Assembly: GCF_009914755.1 (NCBI RefSeq)
Contig: NC_060943.1
DNA length: 64,000 bases
Origin: the human T2T-CHM13v2.0 reference genome, Homo sapiens
Strand: one strand, 5' to 3'
Below the pieces are notes generated by a model. The model saw nothing but the letters and a program-made list of their open reading frames with translations, was not told the DNA's origin and made no database searches. Positions 33,401-61,879 of the stretch are shown piece by piece; within the stretch, counting starts at the first letter, position 1, and each line of letters begins with the position of its first letter. A program made the position numbers and the translations under genes.

Positions 33401-33985
33401 CCATGTGTTTAATAAATTGTATAGTAGACATCTGTATAGTCTTCATTTTTAGTTTTTGAGTGTGTATTGTTTTTTAATTATTGAAACTATGTTGTAACAA
33501 TGATGAAAAATTTTAAATGAAAAACATTACTTAATATTCATTACCCTTAACAAAAAGCAGTTTTCATTTTTCCCTTCCATTCTTCATCCTAAGTGCCTAA
33601 ATATTTTACTTATTTATGACCCCATTATAGTTAGTTTTTATAATCTACCTTATCTGCTGTTACATACTATGCTTTTTCCATATATACATTTTCACAAAAC
33701 TTTTATAATTATGTAAGTAGTTATGGTTTTATAATTTCATATTTTTGAAGTTTTTATTCTCTTGATTATTCCACTATTTCCATGCTCCCAACTTTGGATA
33801 GTTAGATTGTTTATAATAGTACAGTTAAATCCTAACAGTGCTTACTTATTCTCACTTTAAAGTGGCAATGTAGTGGTATCAGTTCCTTCTTTCTTGGAAT
33901 TCCCTCAGAGCAATTAAGGAATGTGAAAAATAGATAATCAAGTTCCAGCTTTGATGAAGGGGGCTGCCAAATCCAGTGGCACTCA

Positions 33986-34298
<313 letters not shown>

Positions 34299-35275
34299 AG
34301 AGGAGTCTGTAAGCTGCAGGGGTCAGATAAAGTGAGTAAAGTGTCGTCCTCCAAAGTTAGTGGCATCTCCTAAGGGGTAAAACCAACAGCACCCTGAGTA
34401 GGACCATGGGATGGGTGTGCAGGCAGTAGTGGCAGCCGCTATCTTGGATCCACTCTGCTATGAAGAACAGCATGCTAGGCAGGCCAGAAGGAGCGATCAC
34501 AGAGACAAGCCATATTTGTTAAGAGATGGAATTTAAGAGGACAGGAATGAAGGGAGGCAACCTGCATTTCGAAGATCCCCAAAGCTATCAAGTTCTGTTG
34601 ACTAAAATGAGGAAAAGACTGAAGAACTCACCCTTGTAAACCACCCTATACAATGAAAATTCTTGCTGACCTGAGCTGTGTGCCTGGCCTCACCCCCACA
34701 TGAACTTCCTGCAAGTAGCTTGTGTAGTAAGAACTTGCCACATTCTGACATAACTGATAAGGAAGGAACTGGGACAAGATTGTCCAGTGATACTGCAACA
34801 AAAAAGGGAAGAGAACAACAAGCAGACATCATTGGTGAAGAACAGTCACCAGAATAATTTTACAGTGGAGATGTGGAGGTTGTAACCACACGTGTCACAT
34901 TAAAAGATAATCCTTTGCCACTGTGGAAGATGAATACAAAGCAGAAACATAAGAAGGTATGTGCCTTCTTCAAGGGGAAACAGGAAGAGAACAAAAGGAA
35001 GTGAAATATGAACTGGCAGACTTTAGACAAGAAATAGAATTACAAAGTAGAATCATTATAGAAATTATGACCGTCTCAGATGCAACATACAGGAGACTGG
35101 AATCCGTAGAATGTACAGAAAGAGCAATGTTGGACAGGACTGAGAGAGGTCAACAAAATGAAAGGAGATTGAATAAAGTGACAGTATGAGAAAGCAAGTG
35201 ACAATTGAGGACAAAGAGCAGCAAGCATGCATCATTTGTGTCCCAAAAAAAGAGAACGAGAACAATAAATCAGGA

Positions 35276-35280
<5 letters not shown>

Positions 35281-35314
<34 letters not shown>
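35281..35314. repeat. (AC)n microsatellite
   Basis: About 17 perfect units. Confidence 0.95.
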
Positions 35315-35318
<4 letters not shown>

Positions 35319-35858
35319 AAAGATGTAATTCAAGGAAACTTTCCAAAAGTAAAAGGAAATTTGAATCTACTAATTGAAGGGGCAGAGCAGTTTCCAGGAT
35401 AAATTGGCCTAGAAAAATCATTAGCAGGATAGAGTTCTCTGAAGTTGCTGAACTTAAATATGTAAAGAAACCTTTGGACATTCTAGACGAAAAGATCAAG
35501 TTACCAATAAGGAGAAACAAAAGTCAACCTAGCATTCAGCTTCTCCACAGTAATGTCTAATGGTCAAAGACCATGAATGATGCCTAGAAAATGCTCAAGT
35601 AAAAGAAAGTGATTTACACATTTTAACCCAGTCATTCCATTGCATATAAAGATGGCATACAAACTTTTTTGTTCCTAGAAATATGTACTTTTAAGAATAC
35701 CTGAAGAAATTGGAAGAGGAAAAACTTCATCCATCCATGAGATACATGGAAAAACAATGACAGAAAGATGCTCAGTGGGGCTCAAATTTATTTAACTATA
35801 GGACTAAAACTAAAAATTAGTGATAGAACAAAATGTGTATGATATAAATAATGTTATA

Positions 35859-36277
<419 letters not shown>

Positions 36278-36397
36278 TACACAAGAATGCCAACATAAGT
36301 AATAATGTTATAATGCATAATAATAACATAACAGTGTAATACGTATAACACAAGATAAAAGAAGAAGGGGAAGAGAGGGTAAAAGATGGTGGAGGCT

Positions 36398-38236
<1,839 letters not shown>

Positions 38237-38237
38237 T

Positions 38238-39610
38238 TAAGACTCAAAAGTCAAAATTATTCCTTGATCCATGGGCTGTAGAATAGATTTTGTGTTAGCA
38301 GGCATGAAAATAACACAGATAACCAGATGCATTATCAATGAGCAGTAGTATTTTGAAAAGAATTTTTTTTTTCTGTGTAGTAGATCTCAACAGTGGGCCT
38401 AAAATAGTAAATCGTGCTGTCAACACATGGGCTGTCATCCAGGTTTTGTTGTCCATCTTTAGTGCACAAGCAGAGTAGATTTCACATCATTCTTAATAAG
38501 GACCCTAGGATTTTCAGAATGGTAAGTGAACATTGGCTTCAACTTAAAGCCACCAGCTGTATTAGCCCCTAACGAGAGTCAGCCTATGCTCTGAAGCTTT
38601 GAAGTCAGGCATTGACTTCTCCTGAGCTGTAAAAGTCCGAGATGGCATCTTCTTCCAATAGAAGGCTGTTTCATCTACATTGAGTATCTGTTGTTTAATG
38701 TAGGCACCTTCATCAGGGATCTTAGCTGGATCTTCTGGATGACTTGCTGCAGCTTTTCCATCAGCACTTTCAGCTTCACCTTGCACTTGTATGTTAGGGA
38801 GATGGCTACTTCCCCTCAACCTCATGAACCAACCTCTGCTAGCTTCCAGCTTTTCTTCTGCAGCTTCCTCACCTCTCTAGCCTTCACAGAATTGAAGAGA
38901 GGGCCTTGCTCTGGATTAGGCGTTGGCTTAAGAGAATGTTTTAGATGATTTGATTTTCCATCAGAGCATTAGACTTTCCCCGTATCAGCAATGAGGCTGT
39001 TTTTCATTCTTATCATTGGTGCGTTCACTGGAGTAGCACTTTTAATTTCCTTCCGTAACTTTTCCTTTGTGTTAACAACTTGGCTCTTTGGCACAGGAGG
39101 CCTAGTTTTTGGTCTCTCTCAACTTTCGACATGCTTTCCTCACTAACTTATCATCTCTAGCTTTCCATTTAAAGTGAGAGATGTGCCACACTTCCTTTCG
39201 ACGCTTAGAGGCTATTGTAAAGTTATTAATTCCGATATTATTGTGTCTCAGGGAGCAGAGAGGCCTGGGGAGAGGAAATGAGACAGAAGAATGACAGAGC
39301 TGTCAGAACACACACATTTCAGTTCACCGTCTTACATGGGTGTGGTTTATTGTGCCCCAAAACAGTTACAGTAGTATTAATAACATCAAAGATCACTGAT
39401 CCCAGATCCCGTGACAGGTATAATAATAAAGAAAAATGTGAAATATTGGAAGAATTACTAAAATGTGACAGAGACAAAAAGTGAGCAATAGCTGTTGCAG
39501 AAATGGTGTTGATAGTTGTTTGATGCATAGTTGCCACTAAGTTTCAATTTGTAAAAATGCATTATCTGCAAAGGGCGGGAAAGTGAGGCACAGTGAGATG
39601 AGGCGTGCCT
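38238..39610 (-). mobile_element. Tigger1 DNA transposon, truncated, with decayed transposase
   Basis: TIR-like caggcacgcctc on the - strand at 39610; ORF 38562-38825 contains [21 protein letters not shown] (pogo/Tigger DDE motif). Confidence 0.85.
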
Positions 39611-39654
39611 GAAGTCGTTTCCCTTTGTTTACAATGTGTTCTTTCTTTGGTGTT

Positions 39655-44121
<4,467 letters not shown>

Positions 44122-44192
44122 TTAACACTGGTGTAAAAGAATCTCTAATAACATAGATTATAACTTTTTATTTATTTATACTTTTACAGGTA

Positions 44193-44698
44193 CAGGTTAA
44201 GTATCCCTCATCTGAAATACTTGGGGCCAGAAGTGTCTTGGATTTCAGATTTTGGATTATTTGCATATATATAATGAGAAATCTTGGGGATAGGATTCAG
44301 GTGTAAAGATGAAATTCATTTATGTTTTATGTATACCTTATGCACATAGCCCGAAGGTGATTTTATACAATATAGTTCATAAAACAAAGTTTGTAGACAC
44401 TGAACCATCAGAAAACAAAGGTGTCACTATCTCAACCATCCCAGTGGACAGTCTATGGTTATTTGGCATCACCATTGTTCCTGACTCTGAATTTACATGG
44501 TGCCTTTATAAGTAATCATTTTGTTATACTTATTCGTACATGAGTACTTAACAATAAAAAATATGACATACCATCAATACGGTGAAAAAAATAACACTTT
44601 CAGGGTAACTTGTGGCATCGTGTTGGCTCTCAGAAGGTATCCAATTTTAAAGTATTTCATTTGGATTTCAGCTTTTCAGGTTAGGGCTGCTCAACCTA
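44193..44698. mobile_element. Tigger4/MER46-like non-autonomous DNA transposon
   Basis: ta-CAGGTTAAGTATCCCT...AGGGCTGCTCAACCTA-ta TIRs. Confidence 0.8.
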
Positions 44699-45383
44699 TA
44701 AATAAAGTGTATCATCTAACAGTATTAATTGGATTATTCCAGAAAGTCTTCCGTGTCATTGTTGCCCATTGCTTCTGTTTTATAGTAATAATTTAAATTT
44801 AATAAAAGTATCTTGTAACTAAATTGGCTAATAGCTATTTAAGTTTTCAGTTCTTCTAGGGTTGAATACTTATCTAAAAGCAGTTTAAATATTTCATGTA
44901 TCCATTTACCTGCATAAACCTCTTCCCACCAGGGTTACGCTTGTCAGAGTAAAATTCATGTGTCTGCCTTATTTGACTACAAATACCTTTTATTCTTAGA
45001 ATAAAATGAAAATGATTGATCTTGTGTAATATTGGTAGCTTTTAGGTAGGTGTCTAATGCAATTATATTTCTTTTCATTTTTTTTTGTGCCATCCCTGTT
45101 TTGTGTCTCACTGCTATTACATAGGAATGGTGATGTATTCTTTAAAATTTTTTTTAAGATTAAACATTCACTAAAGTAGAGAATAGTAGGACAGACTCCC
45201 ATGTATCCCTCACTCAGCTTTAACAGTGATCAGCCTTCCATTCTTGTTTGCCAAGATTTTTTGAGACTATATTTTCAGAGTTTTTTCTCTTTCAAGTTGC
45301 AGTTATGTATCCTTTCTACAGTAACAATATGTATTTAAACAAAACTAGGTCACATAAACCCATAGGATCTAACTCTGTTTTAG

Positions 45384-45474
45384 GAAGTGGAGCGAGAAAT
45401 CTCATTCAGAACAGAGTGTGGCCTGTATTACTCCTACTACAAGCAGATGCTGCAGGCTCCAACCCTCGTGCAAG
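45384..45474 (+). CDS. DPY19L3: DPY19L3 exon 4 (91 nt), conserved DPY19 acidic luminal motif
   Basis: gttttag|GAA...CAAG|gtaatt; EVEREISFRTECGLYYSYYKQMLQAPTLVQ matches the DPY19-family ERExxxRTExGLYY motif. Confidence 0.95.
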
Positions 45475-46080
45475 GTAATTACAACTGATAGTTTCATTTG
45501 GGGTCTCCTGCATTTTTTTCAATATTTTAGTGAGAAGTACTGTGCACTAAAAACCACTTAAATGCTCTCTAGAACATGTGTATTTTTCCGTGCTAATGTC
45601 TAATCATTTCATGAAAATGTTTTTTGCTCTGGAAGAAGTTATGTAATACTTTATATAACCCTCCTCTCTTTGCCTTCCAGCTCTGTTCCATCCCAAAAGT
45701 AATATCTTTGCAATTTCATGGTTTTGTTGCTGAATTTTCTCATGATCATTTTGGAGGAGGTCTTTGCAGGTGAAAGGAGTATTGTCTGAGAACAGGAGGC
45801 ATTTTGGTAACACAAATGAAAATTACAGTTGTGCCTCTTGTCCCCAGTGCTCCATTCATTCCTTTATTTCACAGTTGCCATTTTCCTGCATTTTTACTTC
45901 CCCTAAGTGGGTTAGACCCCACACTCTGCCTTTACTCCATCTAATGAAAGCCCCAACATGGATCTCTTCTACCTAGTACATACTTGATCGGCTTAGCATG
46001 AGTGCATGTGACAGAAAACTGCTCTTTTATAGGCTTTATTTGGAGTCAGCTTTGACATTTTTGGTGGCAGTTATTCATAA

Positions 46081-48800
<2,720 letters not shown>

Positions 48801-49113
48801 AGGAGGGCAGGGTGGAGAAATGTGAAATCCTCTTGCCCACATTTCTAGAGAAGGACCTTGTGGTGGTGGTGGTGGTGGTTTCATTCCAGTTACAAAAGTT
48901 TTAATTTACCTATGTTTGTGTAAATGTTTAAATGATGTCCATCGAATATGTGGTAAGCTCTTTGAGGGCAGGAGTATGTTTTTTTTGCTTACTCTTATAT
49001 CCCCAATGCCTACCACAGTCTCTAGCACTTACTAAACAATCTGTGCATAGTTTTGAATGAATGAATAATTATGAGTGTAATTATTTTCTTCCTGACTTTT
49101 CACATATCTATAG

Positions 49114-49235
49114 GTTTTCATGGCCTAATATATGATAATAAAACTGAATCTATGAAGACAATTAACCTCCTTCAGCGAATGAATATTTACCAAGAGGTTT
49201 TTCTCAGTATTTTATATAGAGTTCTACCCATACAG
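49114..49235 (+). CDS. DPY19L3: DPY19L3 exon 5 (122 nt)
   Basis: ctatag|GT...CAG|gtatgt; (G)FHGLIYDNKTESMKTINLLQRMNIYQEVFLSILYRVLPIQ, with an N-glycosylation sequon NKT at N118 by my count. Confidence 0.95.
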
Positions 49236-49861
49236 GTATGTTTTGTGATATTGAATTATTAATATCAGATGAAAGTCAAAGTCTGCCATTTTGAACTGAA
49301 AGTTATCACATCGTTCTTTCTGATCTTCAACTGGTTTAGTAGAAAATCAGCAATACTATATTTTTTTTCCATGTATATTATGAACTTTATAAGATACTGC
49401 TTTTTATTTACATAGGATATAAGGTTTTTGTACACAGATGCTTCCTGGCTTATGTATGTATGCGGTCTAGAAGCTAATAAATATTTTCATTTGCTCTCTG
49501 TAATCAGGAGTGATTACACATTCACTCCTGATGGATCTTTGAGAGAAAAAATTTGTAAAGTCAGCAAATCACAATGACCACTTCTCATGTGAATGACGTA
49601 TCATCAGACAAAGTTAGGTATAAAACTTTCTAGAGTAAAGAGTGAAGCCAGACCTGTCACGGACTTCCTTCCCCTGTCTCTTCTCGGTGGTGGGAAGAAA
49701 GGCTACCCGAACGCTTCTCTAATAGATGAAAGGGGTGTGGGCTTGCTGCTTGGAATTAGAGGCAAGCTCCTGCATATTGTATTCCTACTGTCATGTTTTA
49801 AATGGCACTGAGGAGGGTTAGGGCTCACCTGACAAACATGTTTTATTGTTCCCTTTTACAG

Positions 49862-50007
49862 AAATATTTAGAGCCAGTTTATTTTTATATTTACACCTTA
49901 TTTGGGCTCCAGGCGATCTATGTCACAGCTCTCTACATAACCAGCTGGCTACTCAGTGGTACATGGCTGTCAGGACTGTTGGCAGCTTTCTGGTATGTCA
50001 CAAATAG
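49862..50007 (+). CDS. DPY19L3: DPY19L3 exon 6 (146 nt), hydrophobic TM segments
   Basis: cttttacag|AAA...AG|gtgagt; [48 protein letters not shown]. Confidence 0.95.
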
Positions 50008-50503
50008 GTGAGTTGGAGTCAGTATGCTTCTTTTTTTTCCAAAATGTAAGTAAAAATGAAGTCACTTCATTTCCAGCTCAGAGAAATTTCTTCTGCCACA
50101 TTTGTTTGGTTGGGAGCAGTTTCTCTTTGGTTTGCCTGGTGGTTTACTCAATTTTTCTTATTTAGTTAGGGAGAAAGTGCTACTTACATGTAATTCCAGC
50201 TGAGGAACAGAGAGCATTGAATTGCATATCAAGAAAATCATTCATAATAATCCCAAACCTATTATCTGTTTGCTGGGTGATCAAGATTTCTCCAGCCGCA
50301 TATCTCATCTCTTAAAGGGTTTTTTTAAATTGGCAAATAATAATTATACATATTCATGGGCTACATAGTGATATTTCAATACATATAGAATGTATAGTGA
50401 TCAGATCAAGGTAATTAACGTATCAGTCATTAAAAAGTTTTTTGGGTTTTTTTTTGCTGTTTTTTAAAGCCAATGAAGACTTTTAAAATTTTTATTTATT
50501 TAG

Positions 50504-50650
<147 letters not shown>

Positions 50651-51609
50651 TAATTATATCTTCACTATCAACCTTAATAGGGTTGTGTATGGCTCTCAGT
50701 TAGTAGAGCTTAAAGATAAAATGCAAGGGCGTTTTTGCCTTATTTAATATCTACTATTATAAGCAGTAGAGCCTTATGAAATCACATTTTAAAAAAATGT
50801 ATTCAAGATCATTAAATTATTGCCTGTCCTATAATGGCAATACCAGTATTCAATAGGAGTCTTAAAACTTGAACATGAGTTCTAATACAGGTTTTATTTT
50901 GTAAGTCTAAGCAAATTACGTGTTATGACAGTCCTGTTGGGGGTTTACTGTATGCCAAGCACTTTACAATATGTGTTATATGGGTTCTTAGAAGAACCCT
51001 ATAGAGTAGATATTATTATTATCCCCATTTTAGAAATGATAAAATTGAGGCTTTAAAGGTTACATTTTGTATATAGATACAGATATTACAGACATCTATA
51101 TATATTTCTTTTATATAGAGATATATGTAGATATAGATACATTGTTTGATACATTGTTTCATATATATCTCTATCTTTTATAGAGAGATATATGTAGATA
51201 TAGGTACCTTGTTTGAGATGTAGATACACACACGTATATTATGTGTTACATAAGTGTATCATTTATTGAATGCCTAGTATGTGTGGGGATGGTGTACAAA
51301 GATGAAAAATTTTACCCATACTTGCCCTGTTGGGATTCACATTCTAGAGAGGCAGGAAGTTTTTTTAAAAAATACTGTCAATGACATATTTAAGACTCAA
51401 GTATAAAAAACACCAAAGAAATACAGAGAGAGGGAAAATGTGTATTGCCTCTTGACACTAATAAAGTGAGGGAGAAATGAAAGTAAGGGTTTGGCATGAT
51501 ACATTTGTGAGTTTAGGAGTAAGGCTAACCTGGGCTTGAACCCTAGGTGCTAAGGGCATACCCATGGACAGAGCACTTAAATGTTCTCTATGCCAATTTT
51601 ATGTTACAG

Positions 51610-51640
<31 letters not shown>
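51610..51640. repeat. (GAT)n microsatellite
   Basis: About 10 units. Confidence 0.9.
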
Positions 51641-51778
51641 AAGGACAATTATTGAGAACCAGTGGCCAGAATCTTAAGTATACTTGTCCTTAATGTAATA
51701 TATCTTTCGTTGAGGAAGTCTTCGAGGAAATTATTGTAAAAACTATCACTTTGGCCATTTGTGTTTTCTTTTGTGCAG

Positions 51779-51902
51779 AATAGATACCACAAGAGTTGAG
51801 TTTACCATCCCACTGAGGGAGAACTGGGCACTGCCATTCTTTGCAATTCAGATAGCAGCAATTACATATTTCCTGAGACCAAACTTACAGCCTCTTTCTG
51901 AA
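51779..51902 (+). CDS. DPY19L3: DPY19L3 exon 7 (124 nt)
   Basis: ttgtgcag|A...GAA|gtaagt; (R)[41 protein letters not shown], containing the family-like TRV..PLRE motif. Confidence 0.95.
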
Positions 51903-52442
51903 GTAAGTGTTTATAAAATTTCATATATTTTAATCCCCCAATTTTATATATGAAGCTTCAAAAAATGTGATGTGCTTAGTATCCCAATGCATGTGAATAG
52001 TTCTTATTCCATGACCAATTTTTAAACTTGAGTTAAATTAAGTTTTCTTTTCGTGAGCTTTTTTCTACTTTGCAAAGAAAATGTTTTCATTTTTGATGTT
52101 AAAAATGTACTCTACATAATCTACCCTTAAATAGTTGCAGCAAACCCACACACAATTTCTGCAAACTGTCAGAATTTTTAAGCCCTTGCTCTTGAGATGT
52201 GATTTGGTGCATTATCGCCTCCATAATAGTGTGGAATACACACACCGTATGTGAATATTTATATGCAAAGTGTCACTTTATGATAGTTAGAGCTTAAATA
52301 ACAAATGCAAGGGTTTTCAGAGCAACAGTTTATGGTTTTTCTGTTTGGTTTATAGAGATACTGGCTGCTCTTGAGAAAACTTGTCTGCAAGGTTTTTTAT
52401 TACTAGAGACATGTAAATTATACAAAGGTTTTCTTTTTACAG

Positions 52443-52577
52443 AGGCTGACACTTCTTGCCATTTTCATATCAACTTTTCTCTTTAGTCTGACATGGCAAT
52501 TTAATCAATTTATGATGCTGATGCAAGCATTAGTGCTGTTCACACTGGACTCCCTGGACATGCTGCCAGCAGTGAAG
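52443..52577 (+). CDS. DPY19L3: DPY19L3 exon 8 (135 nt); the gene continues beyond the window
   Basis: ctttttacag|AGG...AAG|gtgagc; RLTLLAIFISTFLFSLTWQFNQFMMLMQALVLFTLDSLDMLPAVK; cumulative CDS 855 nt = 285 codons. Missing from the ORF track because it is short. Confidence 0.93.
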
Positions 52578-54097
52578 GTGAGCTTTGCTTTCTTTTCTCA
52601 CTTGAGATTTTGGCCATTTAGTGTTTTTATATCATAGAATGAGATGAAAATATGCAAGTACTTATGGATAAAATTGAAGCTGTTTCTTAGATCTGCTGTA
52701 AATTTGCTGTGGCCAATTGAAGCTGAGTAATTTATGAAGCCTAGTTTGACCATCTTAACTTTTATTCGCTTATTTTAAGTTAAAAAATGGAATGGATTTT
52801 ATTTTGGGGCATAAATGCCTAGGTCAATTGTTATTTATAGAGATGACTTAAATTTTAAAATATAAGATAGCTCTTTTAAAATGTCTTACTGTGTACTGCC
52901 ACTTTTAAAAAAGAAATCAATAGGTATATAACAGCTTTTTTGTAGTACTTTATAAAATTTTCATAGTCACATTTAACTAATATGGGATGTGAATCCCTGT
53001 TGACTGGCTGAAAGTCACATGTGAAATAAAGAAACCAGTATCTGTCTCCTAATGTCTGCTGCTGTCATTTAATCACATTTTTTCATGTGCAAAAATATGA
53101 TTTTATGTATTGCGTACAGTTTTAAAATGGCTTATAGTTAGTATTCTAAAGTAGTAGTAACTTAAATATTTCCCAAGTATAATAAAATACTTTCTCCATA
53201 TCTAAGGCAGCAGCATAGCCCAAGGATTTGTGCTCATTTATTCCATATCAAAGGAGATCCAGTAAGCTTCCATAACTGACTGAGTCTGAATTAAGAAACA
53301 TAAAAGTTTACCAAGAAATACACATTGCCTGTCTACTGAGACACTGTAATAGAATGGGCACTACAGAAAATGCCAATATGTGTAATTCATTGTCATAGCC
53401 ACAGTTTGCCTTTTAGCTTGGGAAACAAAGATCACAGACAACAAGAACAAGCAGACAAATGATAGCTGCTAATTAGCAATACTGATATATCTAAAAGAAG
53501 AAAAGTTATTTTTAGGCAGAGAAGTGTTTACAGAAGTAAGAAGCTAGAACTGGACCACCTAGATCACAAATGAGGGTAGAATTTGGGTGGGATGTCAGGG
53601 GTGGGGGCAGAATAGGAAGGTGGAATGCAGCAAGAGCAAGTAGATAGGACTAAGTTTATATATGTATATGAAATGTTTAGTGTTTCTGCAGGTGTGCCAG
53701 TGACCACTCCTACACTGCTGGTAACCTATACACTCCTATAATCTTTCTTTAGTGTAGTTTCACAGTAGGTATCAAAAGCCTAAAAATGTATTTGCCTTTT
53801 CACCAACATTTCTACCCCTATAAGTTTGTCCTAAGTAAATAATCTGCCATGTTCATTTTAGTTGTATTGTAATAAGAAAAAGCTGGGCGGAAAAGATAAA
53901 AAGAAATAAAAAACTGGAAATGACTTGAGCCAATAGCAATAGGGTATACTTAAATAAATGATGGCATATCTATGCAATCAAATATTATATAACCATTAGT
54001 TCCCCCATATTTTTTTGAAAAAGCGAAACATAGAGAAAATGAGTAAAGGTTCTGGAAAAATACACAGTAAAGTATCAACAGTCAGCTACACGATTGA

Positions 54098-54479
<382 letters not shown>

Positions 54480-55079
54480 TAAAATTAGAAAGCAAAGGTA
54501 CTGTTTTGGCTCACATACACAACATTTTAAAATAATATAGCTAATTGATTTTTTATTTAGTTCTAAACTTTGTTCAACTTTTACATTTGAAACTGTGTTG
54601 GTATTAGAAGTAGTTTTAAGTATCAGACTTTAAGGAGGAACATTATTACAATGAAAGGATCCTGAGTTATAAAACTAAATTGCTGCTGTCAGGTCTGAAA
54701 ATAACTGGCTCTTTCAGCTTAGGCAAGTGATTTAACTTAGTTTCTTCATAAATTAGAATCACTTCTCTCTAACCATGTCAAATGGGAAAGAGTCAGAATA
54801 ATTGGTATAGAAAAAGGTAATACAAATTCAGAGCTCAGTGTGGTGACAAGAAGCAGTACCTTCTACAGTACATTTTGTCATCTTTTCATGAATGATGAAA
54901 CTCTTACCAGCAAAACCTCAAGTTTCCAGTCAGAAATGTGAACAGAGTAAAACAGAACAGCAAGCATATTATAAAGTGTATACTTTTGCTTAATTAAAGG
55001 CTAAAATATGGAGGTTAATAAAGTTTTCTTAATCTATTGTGGAAACAGACGCATTCATGATAAATGCTTAAGAGATCAT

Positions 55080-60640
<5,561 letters not shown>

Positions 60641-61035
60641 AGTGGGAGGTGGGTGGGTGTTGAGTGCTTAATGGATATAATTCACATTGAGTGATAGATA
60701 CACGAAAAGCCCAGACTTCATCAGTATATGTTATGTACGTGTAACGAAACCGTACTTATATCCCTTAAATTTACACAAATAAAATGTGTAAAACAAAGTT
60801 TTGAGCCTCTGTGGTACTATTTACGTGGTAGCCAATATTGCATAGTGGTTAAGAACACAGACTCTACAACTAGGCTGCCTAAGTTTGAATGAGTCATATG
60901 TGGGTCGTATGGAACAATGCTTGCTATTTTATTAATGTTAAACAGATATTAACTGTGGTTATTATGAATGGTGATGAGGAGCATGGACACGATCCATTGA
61001 AGACAGCTGTAGTTATTCTACACAGAAAGGATATA

Positions 61036-61453
61036 CAGTTGACCCTTAAACAACACAGGGGCTACTGGTGCCGATGTCTCCCCCCAGCAGTTGAAAATCT
61101 GCACACAATTTTTGACTCCCCAAAAACTCAATCGCTAGTAGCCTACTGTTGACCAGAAGCCTTACCAATAACATAGTTGATTAACAGATATTTTGTATGT
61201 GATGCATTATATACTATATTCTTATTATAAAGTAAGCTAGAGAAAGGGAAATGTTAATTAAATCCAAAGGAAGAGAAAATATACTTACTGTTTATTAAGT
61301 GGAAGTGGATCATCACAAAGGTCTTCATCCTCATCTTCACATTGAGTAGGCCAAGGACGAGGTACAGGAGGGGTTAGTCTTACTGTCTCGGGAGTAGCAG
61401 AGGCAGAAGAAAATCTATGTATAATTGGACTTGTGTTGTTTAGGGGTCAACTA
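61036..61453. mobile_element. Tigger2a/MER28-like DNA transposon
   Basis: ta-CAGTTGACCCTTAAACAACAC...GTGTTGTTTAGGGGTCAACTA-ta TIRs. Confidence 0.85.
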
Positions 61454-61879
61454 TATTCTTGCTGCCTTGTTTCTATACTGTACTGTACTAATAGAACTGG
61501 GAAAGAATATCCAGTACACCGCTGATAATCCAGGACTTCCTAATACACAGTACTGCTCAATTTTACATTTTTGGCTGTTCATCAGCAATTTTTCTTTTGA
61601 ATGTATATAAAACTATACAATCTTGTTGTTACACAAACTGCCCCTTTTTCTAGAAATACTCTCACTTGATATAAAAAGAACTGTAAACATCAAAAAACAC
61701 CCACAAATAAAGGCAACCAGAAAGATGTTTTTGGAAAAAAAGCATTTGTAAATGAGTTAGTATCCTTAAGAGTTCCTGCAAATCCATGAGAAAACCATTT
61801 ATAAACCAATGAGAAAAGGGAACAAAGGATACAAACACTTCCTAGAAAGAAGAGCATCAAAAAGGGTCAAATGCATAGG

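Noticed and set aside
38562-38825. Transposase-like ORF, possible domesticated TIGD gene
   Set aside because: Short fragment of a decayed, internally deleted Tigger1
51069-51225. Duplicated AT-rich block in intron 6
   Set aside because: Degenerate (TA/GA) low-complexity slippage with no other signal
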